Source: the human T2T-CHM13v2.0 reference genome, Homo sapiens. From it: a stretch of DNA of 64,000 nucleotides. The stretch lies in NCBI RefSeq assembly GCF_009914755.1, contig NC_060944.1, one strand, 5' to 3'. Below are positions 1-12,821 of the stretch, one piece after another. Numbering within the stretch: the stretch's first letter is position 1; each line of letters starts with the position of its first letter. The position numbers and the translations under genes were made by a program. The notes below the pieces were generated by a model, which worked only from the letters and a program-made list of their open reading frames with translations, was not told the DNA's origin and did no database searches.

Positions 1-105
1 CTCACTATATTGCCCAGGCTGGACTTGAACTCTGGGTTCAAGTGATTCTCCTGCCTCAGCCTCCTGAATAGCTGGGACTACAGGCACATGCCACCATACC
101 TGGCT
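1..105 (-). mobile_element. Alu monomer fragment
   Basis: gcccaggctgg...cctcagcctcc...gctgggactacagg. Confidence 0.8.
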
Positions 106-670
106 CAGAAATACTTAATTATAGCTAAGTAATTATTTTTAACTTAGCTGATTTGAATATATAGCATTTATCATTTCCCTGATTTGAATGTTGCACTTAG
201 CATACATTTAGCATGCATTTTTAAAATGCTGTATGTTTTTGACAGACATTCAAAGATGTTTCTTAAAAGGCTATTTTACATTGGAGTATTTACTTGAATT
301 TTATGGGGTTAATGAAAACATCATTATTTCTACACAGACTATTTGGTTGCAACGTATATCATACTTGATTTGACATAATGCCATGGTTTTTAATCCAATA
401 TTTTAATTGAAGAGTTACAAAGCTCATCTTTGCTTTAAATTGCCTGAGTGGGTTTTAGTCTATTTATAGGTCACTTAACTTTTTTATTTACTATTTAATG
501 ATTATTATAATCACCATTAATGTGTCAGCAAAACTAAATCTGCTTCTTATGTTTAAAAAAATTAGCAGACACTTGTTCCTCATGTTGTTTGCAGCTACGG
601 TCTGAGTAAAGATCACCAAAATAAATGTTCTTTTGTTTGGTGTTTACTGAACATTTTTGACATTAAAACT
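105..670 (+). other. Possible 3'UTR end of the upstream gene (by recalled synteny RAD21L1)
   Basis: AT-rich unique sequence with AATAAA near 619 followed by GT/T-rich tgttcttttgtttggtgt. The identity rests only on recalled gene order. Confidence 0.3.
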
Positions 671-1962
671 GTTGTTTTCCTTTTTTCTTAATTGAAGTTT
701 GAGTTAGGACATTTTCATATGATGCTCTGTGAGCTCCATCATACACTGTCAAATGAAGCCTATGGTACTCATTAAAATGTTGTTATATCTGGAATTATGC
801 TGCAAACAACAAATTCTAAATAGCCTCTCTAAATGTGTTAACTATAAATTTTAAATGGCAAAATTGCCTTTTTAAAATTTCTTTTATTTTTTAAATTAAC
901 ATACAGAAAATTTGACTTCTTAATTTTGGTGCACAGTTCTGTGAATTTTAACATATTTGTAGAGTCCTGTAACCATCTCCACAATTAGGATTCCAGCAGT
1001 AACATCACCCTAAAAAATTCTGTTATCCCTTTGTAGTAACCCCCTTCCCCCATATAACATCTGGCAACCACTCTTCTCCATGACTACACTTTTGTCTTTT
1101 TGAAAATGTCACACAGATGGAATCATATAGCATGTAAGCTTTCGATACGGGCTTCTTTCACTCATAAATGTCTTTGAGACTTATCAAGTGCTTGCATGTG
1201 TCAGTGCTTTGTTCCTGTTTATTGCTGAGTAATATCCTGTTGCCTAGATATACCATAGTTTATCCATTTACCCACTGAAAGATGTTAAGTTGTTTCCAGT
1301 TTTGACAATTATTAATAGAGCTTCATACATTTGTGTACATTTTTGTCTGGATATAAGTTTTTATTTGTCTAGGGTAAATATCTAGAAATGGGATTGCTGG
1401 GCCATATAGCAAGTATATGTTTAACTTTATAAGAAATTACAAAATTATTTTCCAGAGTGGATGTACCATTTTGCATTCCCAGTAACCATGTAAGAGAGTT
1501 CCAGTTGATTTTTTGTTTACTTGTTATTTTGAGATAATTGTAGATTCACCTGCAGTTGTGAGAAATAATACAGAGATCCCATATATCAGTTTACCTCAGT
1601 GGTAACATCTTGCATAACTTTAATATAATACACAACTAGGAAATTGGCATTGACACTATCCACCCAGCTTATTCAGACATCACAGTTTTACATGCACTTA
1701 TTTTGTGTATGTATTAATTCTATGCAAATTTATCGCATGTGTAGGTCTGTGTGGGCACCACCATAGTCAAGAAACAAAACAGTTCCATCACAAGGATCAC
1801 TTGTGCTACCCTTTGTTAGCCACAGCCATCTCCCTCCTTACTGTCCTCCCTGGCTCCTGAAACCCACTAACCTGTTCTCCATCTCTATAATTTTGTCATT
1901 AATACAGTTAATTTTTATAGATTAATCTTGTATCCTATGACCTTGCTAAACTCAAAAATTAG

Positions 1963-2325
<363 letters not shown>

Positions 2326-3443
2326 TAAAAGTTTCAGGTTTTATCCATGTTTTAGAATGTATCTTTACATCATTCCTTTTTATGGCCAAATAATATTCCA
2401 TTGTATGGATATACCATATTTTGTTTATCCACTCATCAGCTGATGGACATGTTGATTGTTTCCACTTTTTAACTACTATGAATAATGCTGCTATCAACAT
2501 TAGTATATAAGTTTTTGTGTATATAAGTTTTGATTTTTCTTGGTTATATACCTAGGCATGGAATTGCCAGGTCATGTGATAACTTTATGTTTAACTTTTT
2601 GAGGAGCTGTCAAACTGTTTTCCAAAGTAGCTGCACTATTGTACATTTCTACCAGCAATATATCAGAGTTCCAATTTCTTAATATCCTTGACAATACTTG
2701 TTATTTTCCTTTTTAAAAATTATAGCCATCCTAGTGAGTATCTCATGGTTTTGATTTGCATTTTCCTAATGACTAATTATGTTGAATATCCTTTCATGGG
2801 GATTTCCTAATAGTTTATTAAGGATTTTTGCATCTGATATTGGTCTGTATTTTTCTTTTACTGTCTTTTTCTGGTTTTGATATCAGGGTTATACTGGCCT
2901 CATAAAATAACTTAGAAAGTGTTTCTTCATATTCTATTCTTCTACAATAGATTGTGTATATTTGTGTTATTTCTTCTTGAAATAGTTGATAGAATTCACC
3001 CATAAACAATGTGGATCTGGATATTTATATTTTGTAAAGTTTTTTTAACCATGAATTTAATTTTTTAGTTGTAGGACTATTCAGTTACCTATTTCATTTT
3101 GAATGAGTTTGGGTAGTTTCTTATTTTAAGTAATTGGTCTATTTCATCTACTTTTGTGAGTTTATGTGTGTAGAATTGTTCAGAGTATTCCCTTATTCTT
3201 TTAATGTCTGTGGGGTCCATAGTAATAACCCCTCTTTCATTTCAGACATTGTTAATATGTTTTCTCTTTTCAGTTGTGCTAGAGGCTTATTAATTTTATT
3301 GATCTTTTAAAAGATTTTCTCTTTTGTTTTTCTGCTTTCTGTTTCATTTCATTTATTCCTGCTTTTACATTTATTATTATTGTCCTTTGGCTTGCTTTGG
3401 GCTTATTTTGCTCTTTCTAGTTTTATTAAGGTGGAGGCTTAGA

Positions 3444-6400
3444 TAACTGATTTGAGATCTTCCCTCTTTTCTAACATAAACACATAAAGCTCTGTTTCCT
3501 TCTAGGTAACTGATTTGAGATCTTTCCTCTTTTCTAATATAAACACGTAAAGCTCTGTTTCCTTCTAGGTAACTGGTTTGAGATCTTCCCTCTTTTCTAA
3601 TATAAACACATAAAGCTCTGTTTCCTTCTAGGTAACTGATTTGAGATCTTCCCTCTTTTCTAATATAAACACATAAAGCTCTGTTTCCTTCTAGGTAACT
3701 GATTTGGGGTCTTCCCTCTTTTCTAATATAAACACATAAAGCTCTGTTTCCTTCTAGGTAACTGATTTGAGATCTTCCCTCTTTTCTAATATAAACACAT
3801 AAAGCTCTGTTTCCTTCTAGGTAACTGATTTGAGATCTTCCCTCTTTTCTAATACAAACACATAAAGCTCTGTTTCCTTCTAGGTAACTGGTTTGGGATC
3901 TTCCCTCTTTTCTAATACAAACACATAAAGCTCTGTTTCCTTCTAGGTAACTGATTTGGGATCTTCCCTCTTTTCTAATATAAACACATAAAGCTCTGTT
4001 TCCTTCTAGGTAACTGATTTGGGATCTTCCCTCTTTTCTAATATAAACACATAAAGCTCTGTTTCCTTCTAGGTAACTGATTTGAGATCTTCCCTCTTTT
4101 CTAATATAAACACATAAAGCTCTGTTTCCTTCTAGGTAACTGGTTTGGGATCTTCCCTCTTTTCTAATACAAACACATAAAGCTCTGTTTCCTTCTAGGT
4201 AACTGATTTGGGATCTTCCCTCTTTTCTAATACAAACACATAAAGCTCTGTTTCCTTCTAGGTAACTGATTTGGGATCTTCCCTCTTTTCTAATATAAAC
4301 ACATAAAGCTCTGTTTCCTTCTAGGTAACTGGTTTGAGATCTTCCCTCTTTTCTAATATAAACACATAAAGCTCTGTTTCCTTCTAGGTAACTGATTTGA
4401 GATCTTCCCTCTTTTCTAATATAAACACATAAAGCTCTGTTTCCTTCTAGGTAACTGATTTGAGATCTTCCCTCTTTTCTAATACAAACACATAAAGCTC
4501 TGTTTCCTTCTAGGTAACTGGTTTGGGATCTTCCCTCTTTTCTAATACAAACACATAAAGCTCTGTTTCCTTCTAGGTAACTGATTTGGGATCTTCCCTC
4601 TTTTCTAATATAAACACATAAAGCTCTGTTTCCTTCTTGGTAACTGATTTGGGATGTTCCCTCTTTTCTAATATAAACACATAAAGCTCTGTTTCCTTCT
4701 AGGTAACTGATTTGAGATCTTCCCTCTTTTCTAATATAATCACATAAAGCTCTGTTTCCTTCTAGGTAACTGATTTGGGATCTTCCCTCTTTTCTAATAT
4801 AAACACATAAAGCTCTGTTTCCTTCTAGGTAACTGGTTTGAGATCTTCCCTCTTTTCTAATATAAACACATAAAGCTCTGCTTCTTGGTAACTGATTTGG
4901 TATCTTCCCTCTTTTCTAATATAAACACATAAAGCTCTGTTTCCTTCTTGGTAACTGGTTTGAGATCTTCCCTCTTTTATAATATAAACACATAAAGCTC
5001 TGTTTCCTTCTAGGTAACTGATTTGGGATCATCCCTCTTTTCTAATATAAACACATAAAGCTCTGTTTCCTTCTTGGTAACTGATTTGGGATCTTCCCTC
5101 TTTTCTAATATAAACACATAAAGCTCTGTTTCCTTCTAGGTAACTGATTTGAGATCTTCCCTCTTTTCTAATATAAACACATAAAGCTCTGTTTCCTTCT
5201 AGGTAACTGATTTGGGATCTTCCCTCTTTTCTAATATAAACACATAAAGCTCTGTTTCCTTCTAGGTAACTGGTTTGAGATCTTCCCTCTTTTCTAATAT
5301 AAACACATAAAGCTCTGCTTCTTGGTAACTGATTTGGTATCTTCCCTCTTTTCTAATATAAACACATAAAGCTCTGTTTCCTTCTTGGTAACTGGTTTGA
5401 GATCTTCCCTCTTTTATAATATAAACACATAAAGCTCTGTTTCCTTCTAGGTAACTGATTTGGGATCATCCCTCTTTTCTAATATAAACACATAAAGCTC
5501 TGTTTCCTTCTTGGTAACTGATTTGGGATCTTCCCTCTTTTCTAATATAAACACATAAAGCTCTGTTTCCTTCTAGGTAACTGATTTGAGATCTTCCCTC
5601 TTTTCTAATATAAACACATAAAGCTCTGTTTCCTTCTAGGTAACTGATTTGAGATCTTCCCTCTTTTCTAATATAAACACATAAAGCTCTGTTTCCTTCT
5701 AGGTAACTGATTTGAGATCTTCCCTCTTTTCTAATATAAACACATAAAGCTCTGTTTCCTTCTAGGTAACTGGTTTGAGATCTTCCCTCTTTTCTAATAT
5801 AAACACATAAAGCTCTGTTTCCTTCTAGGTAACTGGTTTGAGATCTTCCCTCTTTTCTAATATAAACACATAAAGCTCTGTTTCCTTCTAGGTAACTGGT
5901 TTGAGATCTTCCCTCTTTTCTAATATAAACACATAAAGCTCTGTTTCCTTCTAGGTAACTGGTTTGAGATCTTCCCTCTTTTCTAATATAAACACATAAA
6001 GCTCTGTTTCCTTCTAGGTAACTGATTTGGGATCTTCCCTCTTTTCTAGTATAAACACATAAAGCTCTGTTTCCTTCTAGGTAACTGATTTGAGATCTTC
6101 GCTCTTTTCTAATATAAACACATAAAGCTCTGTTTCCTTCTAGGTAACTGATTTGAGATCTTCCCTCTTTTCTAATATAAACACATAAAGCTCTGCTTCT
6201 TGGTAACTGATTTGGTATCTTCCCTCTTTTCTAATAGAAACACATAAAGCTCTGTTTCCTTCTAGGTAACTGGTTTGAGATCTTCCCTCTTTTCTAATAT
6301 AAACACATAAAGCTCTGTTTCCTTCTAGGTAACTGATTTGAGATCTTCCCTCTTTTCTAATATAAACACATAAAGCTCTGTTTCCTTCTAGGTAACTGAT

Positions 6401-6517
6401 TTGGGGTCTTCCCTCTTTTCTAATATAAACACATAAAGCTCTGTTTCCTTCTAGGTAACTGGTTTGAGATCTTCCCTCTTTTCTAATATAAACACATAAA
6501 GCTCTGTTTCCTTCTTG
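3444..6517. repeat. 63-bp minisatellite (VNTR), ~49 copies, L1 ORF2-derived
   Basis: Unit ttccttctaggtaactgatttgagatcttccctcttttctaatataaacacataaagctctgt; 63-bp period checked; three 59-bp variant units. Confidence 0.97.
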
Positions 6518-6769
6518 GCACTGCTTTAGCTGCATCACACAGATACTTATACGTTGTATCTTCACTTTTGTTCTGTTAAAAATATTTTCTAATTTCCCTT
6601 GAGACTTGCAGGTCTTTTACCTGCAAATTATTTGGAGGTATAGGATGTTCAGTTTCGAAGGGATATTTCCAGTAATTGATTTTGAGTTTAATTCCATTAT
6701 GGGAAGAGAACATACTTTAAATGATTTCAATTATTTCAGATTCATTAAGATTTATTTTATGACCCTATA

Positions 6770-7162
6770 CTAAGTTGAAAATTTGTGTATACATTTTGAC
6801 TCCCCAAAAACTTAACTACTAATAGCCTACTGTTGACCAGAAGTCTTACCTATAACATAAACAGTCAATTAGCACATGTGTTGTATATGTATTATATACT
6901 ATATTCTTACAATAAAGCAAGCTAGAGAAAAGAAAATGTTATTAAGAAAATCATAAGGAAGATAAATATATTTTCTATTCATTAAGTGGAAGTGGATCAA
7001 CATAAAGGTCTTCATCTTCATGGTCTTCACACTGAGTAGGCTGAGGAGGAGAAGGAGGAAGAGGAGTTAGTGTTGCTGTCTCGGAGATGGCAGAGTCAGA
7101 AGAAAATCCACATGGAAATGGACACACACAGTTCAAAGCTGTGTTGTTCAAGGATCAATTCT
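6770..7162. mobile_element. Tigger2/MER28-like DNA transposon fragment
   Basis: Ends in cagttcaaagctgtgttgttcaaggatcaa, resembling the Tigger2 terminal repeat; internal aagtggaagtggatc...gaggaggagaaggagg. Confidence 0.7.
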
Positions 7163-7856
7163 GTTCTGCATTTGTTAGGTGGAGTGTTCTATAAATGTCA
7201 GTTGGACCTAGTTAGTTCATAGTGTTGTTTAGTTCTTCTACATCCTTGTTTATTTTGTCTACTAGTTCTATCAATTACTGAGAAAAAGTGTTTGTGTCTC
7301 CAGCTATAATTGTGGATCTGTTTATTTCTCTTTTCCATTCTGTCAGTTTTTGCTTTATATATTTTGAAGTTCTTTTATTAGGTTATATACATTTATAATT
7401 ATTACATCTTCTTGGTGAAATGACCCTTTTATTATTTTATAATAATTCTCTTTATTCCTGGTAATATTTTTTGCTCTGTAGTCTACTTTTTCTAATATTA
7501 ATATAGTTATTCCAGCTTTCCTTTGATAAGTATTTGTATGGTATATCTTTTTTTATCTTTTACTTTTAGCCTACCTATATCATTCATTATAGTTAAAGTG
7601 AATTTCTTATAGACTGCATCAAATAAAGTCATTTTTTTATCCATTCGGATAACCTCTGTTTTAATTGAAGTGTTTAGATCACTTATATTTAATGTAATTA
7701 TTGACATTTTTGGATTTCAGATTTTATTTATTTAGGATTTTTGGATTTTATTTTATTTTTTTTACTGTTTGTTCCCTTTATTTTTTATTCCTCTGTTTTC
7801 CCCTTTCTTGTCTTCTTTTGGAATATTTGGAATTCCATTTTTATTTCTTCTTCTTC

Positions 7857-8166
7857 TTTTTTTTTTTTTTTGACAGAGTCTCACTCTGTTGCCCAGGCTG
7901 GAGTACAGAGGTGCAGTCTTAGCTCACTGCAACCTCTCCCTCCTGGATTCAAGCAATTCCCATGCCTCAGCCTCCTGAGTAGCTGAGATTACAGGTATAC
8001 AACCACCCCACTCAGCTAATTTTTGTATTTTTAGTACAGACCAAGTTTTATATTTTTAATAGAGACCTGTTGGACAGGCTCATCTTGAACTCCTGGCCTC
8101 AAGTGATCCACCCACCTCTACCTCCCAAAGTGCCAGGATTACAGGCATGAGCCAGTGCACCCGGCC
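7857..8166 (-). mobile_element. Alu
   Basis: Poly-T followed by antisense Alu consensus. Confidence 0.9.
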
Positions 8167-8789
8167 TATGGTGTTTTTTTTTTTTTTTTTTTACTATATT
8201 TTTTGTCATAGATTTTAAAAATAGCTATTCTAGGGGTTACAAAATACATACTTAACTTTTCATGCTCTACTTAGAATTGATATTTTACCACTTCAAGAGG
8301 AGTGTAAAAATCTTACACCATATAGGTCCCTTTATATTGTAAAGGAATATACATACTCCTCCTTTATATTGTACTAGTCTTATCTACACACATTGAACCC
8401 CCATCAACAATTGTTGCTTTCCACTGTCAAACATGTTTTAAAAGATCAAGAGAAGAATAGCCTATTAAATTTACTCAAATATTTACCATTTTTGTTCTCC
8501 TTCCTTCTTGATGTTCCAAATTTCTTTCTAATGTAATGTCCCTTTTGTCTGAAGAACTTAATTCAGTAGTTCTTTTAGAGCAAGTGTGCTGGCAATGGAT
8601 TATCTTCATTTTCCTTAATTGGAGAATGTGTTTATTTCACTTTCATTTCTGAAGGATATTTTTGCTGGGTACAAAATCCTGGTTGACAACTCTTTTCTTT
8701 AAGCAATTAAAAAAAATTGTTCTGTTTTCTTCTGCCCTCCATGGTTTCTGATAAGAAATCAACAGTTATTTAAATTATTATTCCTGTAT

Positions 8790-9088
8790 TTTTTTTTTTT
8801 TTTTGACACAGGATCTTGCTCTGTCACCCAGGCTACAGTGCAGTGGTACAGTCAGTCATAGCTCACTGCAACCTCGATCTCCCGGGCTCCAGCAATCCTC
8901 CCACCTCAGTCTCCCGAGTAGCTGGGACTACAGGCAAACGCCACTACACACAGCTGATTTTTGTATTTTTTATAGAGGTGGGGTCTCGCCGTGTTGCCCA
9001 AGCTGGTCTCAAACTCCTGGGCTCAAGCAATCTGCCTCTTGGCCTCCCAAAGTGCAGGGATTACAAGTGTGAGCCACTGCATCCAGCC
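8790..9088 (-). mobile_element. Alu (AluJ-like), TSD tattcctgtatt
   Basis: Alu consensus flanked by a direct repeat. Confidence 0.9.
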
Positions 9089-10197
9089 TATTCCTGTATT
9101 ATTAATGCATCATTTTTCTCTGACTGCTTTAAAGATCTTGTTTTGTTTTTAATTTTCAGCAGTAACTGAAAACTATTATTATTATCATTATCATCATTTG
9201 ATTTATTCTCTCTGGGGTTCACCAGAATGCTGGAGTTTGGAGCTTTATTTACTCTGTTCCACTTTGCTGCCTACTTTCCACAGTTGAACTTGCATCTGGG
9301 ACCAGGAGGTAGGAGGACAGTGACAAAAAAACAACAACAGGGGCTCACCCTCCCTCAGGACTACAGCTACTTTTATTGAAGAAGTTTCTCCTCCCTCAGA
9401 GTTTTAGGCACCTGTGGGTTCCTGCTGTCACAGACACCACTGCAGGATGGCCTAGGGCCTGGGTCATGAGACAATGGAGAAAAGATTTGAAAGGAAAAGA
9501 ACAATGATATCTCCCACATACTCTGCGCATCAGAAGTCCCTTTTCCTGATCTTCAAGTCAAAACTAGGGAGATTCTTTGGGAGCTTTCTCTTTATTGAGC
9601 CCCAATTCCAGATTTTGATCTGCCTTGAGACCAGGACAGGAGTTATAGGAAGAAATAAAGATGATAAATTCACCACTAGTTCAGTGGTAGGGTATATCAA
9701 ATTCTGGCTTCTTCCCCAGTGTGCCTGCTAGTATTTTGTCTTCAGAATCCTCAAATAGCTGCTACATGCATTTTGTTCAGGTTTTATTGCTGCATTCTGT
9801 GGGAGAGTATGCTTAGCCAGAATTGGAATACAATTGTTTTTGAAACTAAAAAAATTTTTAATGTATTTTCAACTAGTCCAAAACAAAACAAAATTACTAA
9901 TTTATTAGGAATAATTTTGTTTTATACTTATAATCCTCATTTGTTGCAATTTACATTATAACTAAACACCAGTTCTCTTCTCAATCATCTGCTTCCTGAT
10001 GATAAAGAGAATACTTTACTAGCTAACACCATTCCAGATGGGAGTAATGTGAGTGAAGTCACTGTCTTGCTTTGGGGAAGTTCCTTGTGGAGATTTCTGG
10101 GAAATGTAGTCTTCTAAGTACCAAGCAAAAAAAAAAAAAAAACCCAAAAAAACCCCCACACAAAACCCCACACACATACACACATGAGGATGGGACA

Positions 10198-10320
10198 GCC
10201 AGGCATGGTGGCTCAAGCCTGTAATCCCAGCACTTTGGGAGGCTGAGGATTGCTTAAGCCCAGGAGTTGGAGACCAGCCTGGGCGACATAGTAAAGCCCC
10301 ATCTCTATTAATAAACAAAA
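10198..10320 (+). mobile_element. Alu monomer (FLAM-like)
   Basis: gccaggcatggtggctcaagcctgtaatcccagcactttggg. Confidence 0.85.
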
Positions 10321-11049
10321 CAGCATGGGAACAGACAAAAAAATATTTTAATGACAATCTCAGAAATGTTCTCCTTCTAAACATGTAATAATTACATGGC
10401 TTCCTTTGGTTTCACTTTTAAGTGTAAAAATGTCACTTATATAATTTCAGTGAGCATTAGAGCAGATAAAACATTTTATCAATTAACTTGCTAATATAGC
10501 ATTAGGTGTTTTGGACAGAAGACCTCAACATTTCACATGGCTTTTTCAACTAGTTTCCTATTCCTGCTAAATTGCTCTGCCATGTTTTTCTAGAAAACAT
10601 AATATAATAATGGCTATCTGATAGGATATGGTTTAACGGAATACAGGAGAAAATAGAATCAATGTCCTCTCCAAAATTTATTAGCATTTGTTGCAAAAAA
10701 AGTAATGGATTTATTGCAGCTCAGAGATACAGGAAAAGATTTGACTGTGAAAAGCAACAGTAAACTTAAAATAATTATTTTTTCATGTACATTATCAATA
10801 TTAACTGTTTCTCACCAGGCCAGTACTGCAGAGTCATGATGTAAATCAGTGAAGTCACTTTACAAATTCTTCTCTTGGAAAAGTCAGCTTGGGGCAGAGA
10901 GTAGAGGGTACCAAGTTCAGCACCGGCGAGAGTAAACAGACTTAAGGACTTAAGAGCCTTAAGAGACTTAAGACAAAAGGACTTCCAGGATGGCATCTGG
11001 CCTAGTGTTCCCATAGAAGACTGGGGCCTGGCACAATGTGTGCTTGCTT

Positions 11050-11570
11050 TCTCATTCACTTAGTCAATATTTATTGAGCTCCTACTATGTGTTAGGCACT
11101 GCTCTGGGCACTGGAAATACAGCAAGGGAAAAAAACAAAGTTCCTTCCCTCATGAAGTGTACATTCTAGTGGGAGTGATAAATGACACATAGTAAATATA
11201 CACTATGTCAGCTGGTAATTAAGTGTAGCAAAACTAGGGGCAAAGGAGGTGGAGAGGAGGGAGTTAGTATTTTATGTAGAATGGTTAAGGAAGCCCTCTC
11301 TGAGACAGTAACATTTGAGCAGAGACCTGGAGGAAAGGAAGGATTGAACCATGTGGCTCTCTGGTGTGTTCTAGGCAAAGGGGACAGCAAATGCAAAGGC
11401 CCAGCAGTGAGGCCTCAGCAAGAAGGACAGCTTGATGGGAGAAAAGTGAGTGATGGGGAGAGCCACGCAAGATGAAGTCAGAGAGCTGGAGTAAGATGAG
11501 GGCATGTGGCGGAGAGCGATACAGAAAACCACTGGATGGTTTAGAGCAGAGTAATGACAGATCAGACAGG
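11050..11570. mobile_element. L2 fragment
   Basis: cattcac...tatttattgagctcctactatgtg...ggcactg, typical of the L2 3' end. Confidence 0.7.
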
Positions 11571-12349
11571 CCTGGTTCAGAAAGAAGGAGCCCATTCCCA
11601 CTCCACCTACTTCCCACACATGAAGCAGATAAGAAACCAAGCCCAGAAAGTGAGTTAACTTATCTAAAGTTGTATGGCTAGAAATGGAAGGGCTAGGCAG
11701 AAAATCCAGTTTTTTGGACTTTTTGGTCTTCTTGTTTTCCCTGTGACAGATGGAAGACAGAGGGAAAAGAGCCACAATTAACATTTTAAGTTGTGATTGC
11801 TTATCTCTCCGAGATCTTTCCAATGATTCACCTTTTTACTACTTAAGAGGAAAACATTTCCATTTTCAGACACTTAAGATTCCTGCTATCATTGTTAGTA
11901 GCCCAAGTGCTTGTCATTCACATTAAATACCCCTGGTACTCAGACTTGGTTTGGGCAATGAAAAATGTTCCTAAAGGCTTTTAGATAAAAATTACTATTT
12001 CACTAGAGCCAACTATGTGCCAGGGAGTGAGACTGGTATCATCACCCCATGTTAGAGAAGAAAAAGCTGAGGCCCAGAGAGGTGAAGGGACTTGCACAGG
12101 GTCACACAGCCGACCAAGACGCTTTCCACCACGCCCAATCGATCGCCCAGCTCAAAATACCGGCTGGTGTGTAGGTGGGAGAGGCCGCCGCTCCCCGTGT
12201 GCTCGTTGTCTCTGTTCCCAGGCCCTCTAGAGCAAGATACTAACTATCTCTTTAAGAAGGAAAGTAAAGACGGGCCGCTTACGCAGCTGCCGGCGAGCCG
12301 CCGACTGGCTGGTCCCCTCCATCCACCTCACCCTCCCCGCCCCTCCCTC

Positions 12350-12458
12350 CCGGCAGCCCCAGCCCCGGCGAGCACCCAGCTAGCCGCCTCCTGCAGGGGC
12401 TCGGGAGAGCAATTCGGCGGCCCCTGCAGGGCAGCTGAAGCCATGGAAGCCTCCGCAG
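12350..12458 (+). other. SNPH: SNPH 5'UTR exon 1 (start approximate)
   Basis: Donor CAG|GTGATG at 12458/12459 inside the CpG island; pairs with the acceptor at 12714. The TSS cannot be fixed from sequence. Confidence 0.7.
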
Positions 12459-12714
12459 GTGATGACAAGGACCCCGGGGATCTCCGGGCCCACCGCCCAG
12501 CTGCACCCGCCGCAGTCCAGAGTGCCGAGTGCCAGGGGGTGGGGTGGGGGCCGCGGGCCGCGAGGAGGAGGGGACGGAGCACCCGGCAGGCAGCCTGCCC
12601 TCCAAGCCTTCTGGCTGCAGCGGCCCAGCTGTCAGCGGCCGGGGGCTCAGCTGCCTGGGTGTTCCCCGCCCGCGCTCACCCGCCCCGGTCTATCTCTTTT
12701 TCCTAACCCCGCAG

Positions 12715-12821
12715 GTCGCTGATCAGGGCCAGGCGGCTGCAGCAGCGACTGCAGAGGCGCTGCGCCAAGCCGGGCCGGAGTGGTGCGAGCCGGCGGGGCT
12801 GCGGAGGGCCAGTGGACTCAG
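12715..12821 (+). other. SNPH: SNPH 5'UTR exon 2 (107 nt)
   Basis: Pyrimidine tract, CCTAAC branch-like motif and CAG| at 12714; donor CAG|GTGAGG at 12821. Confidence 0.8.

Noticed and set aside
3444-6517. CRISPR-like appearance of the regular 63-bp array (and of the 67-bp array at 47695-49840)
   Set aside because: Units are head-to-tail with no unique spacers, there are no cas genes, and the context is primate DNA with Alus. These are minisatellites.
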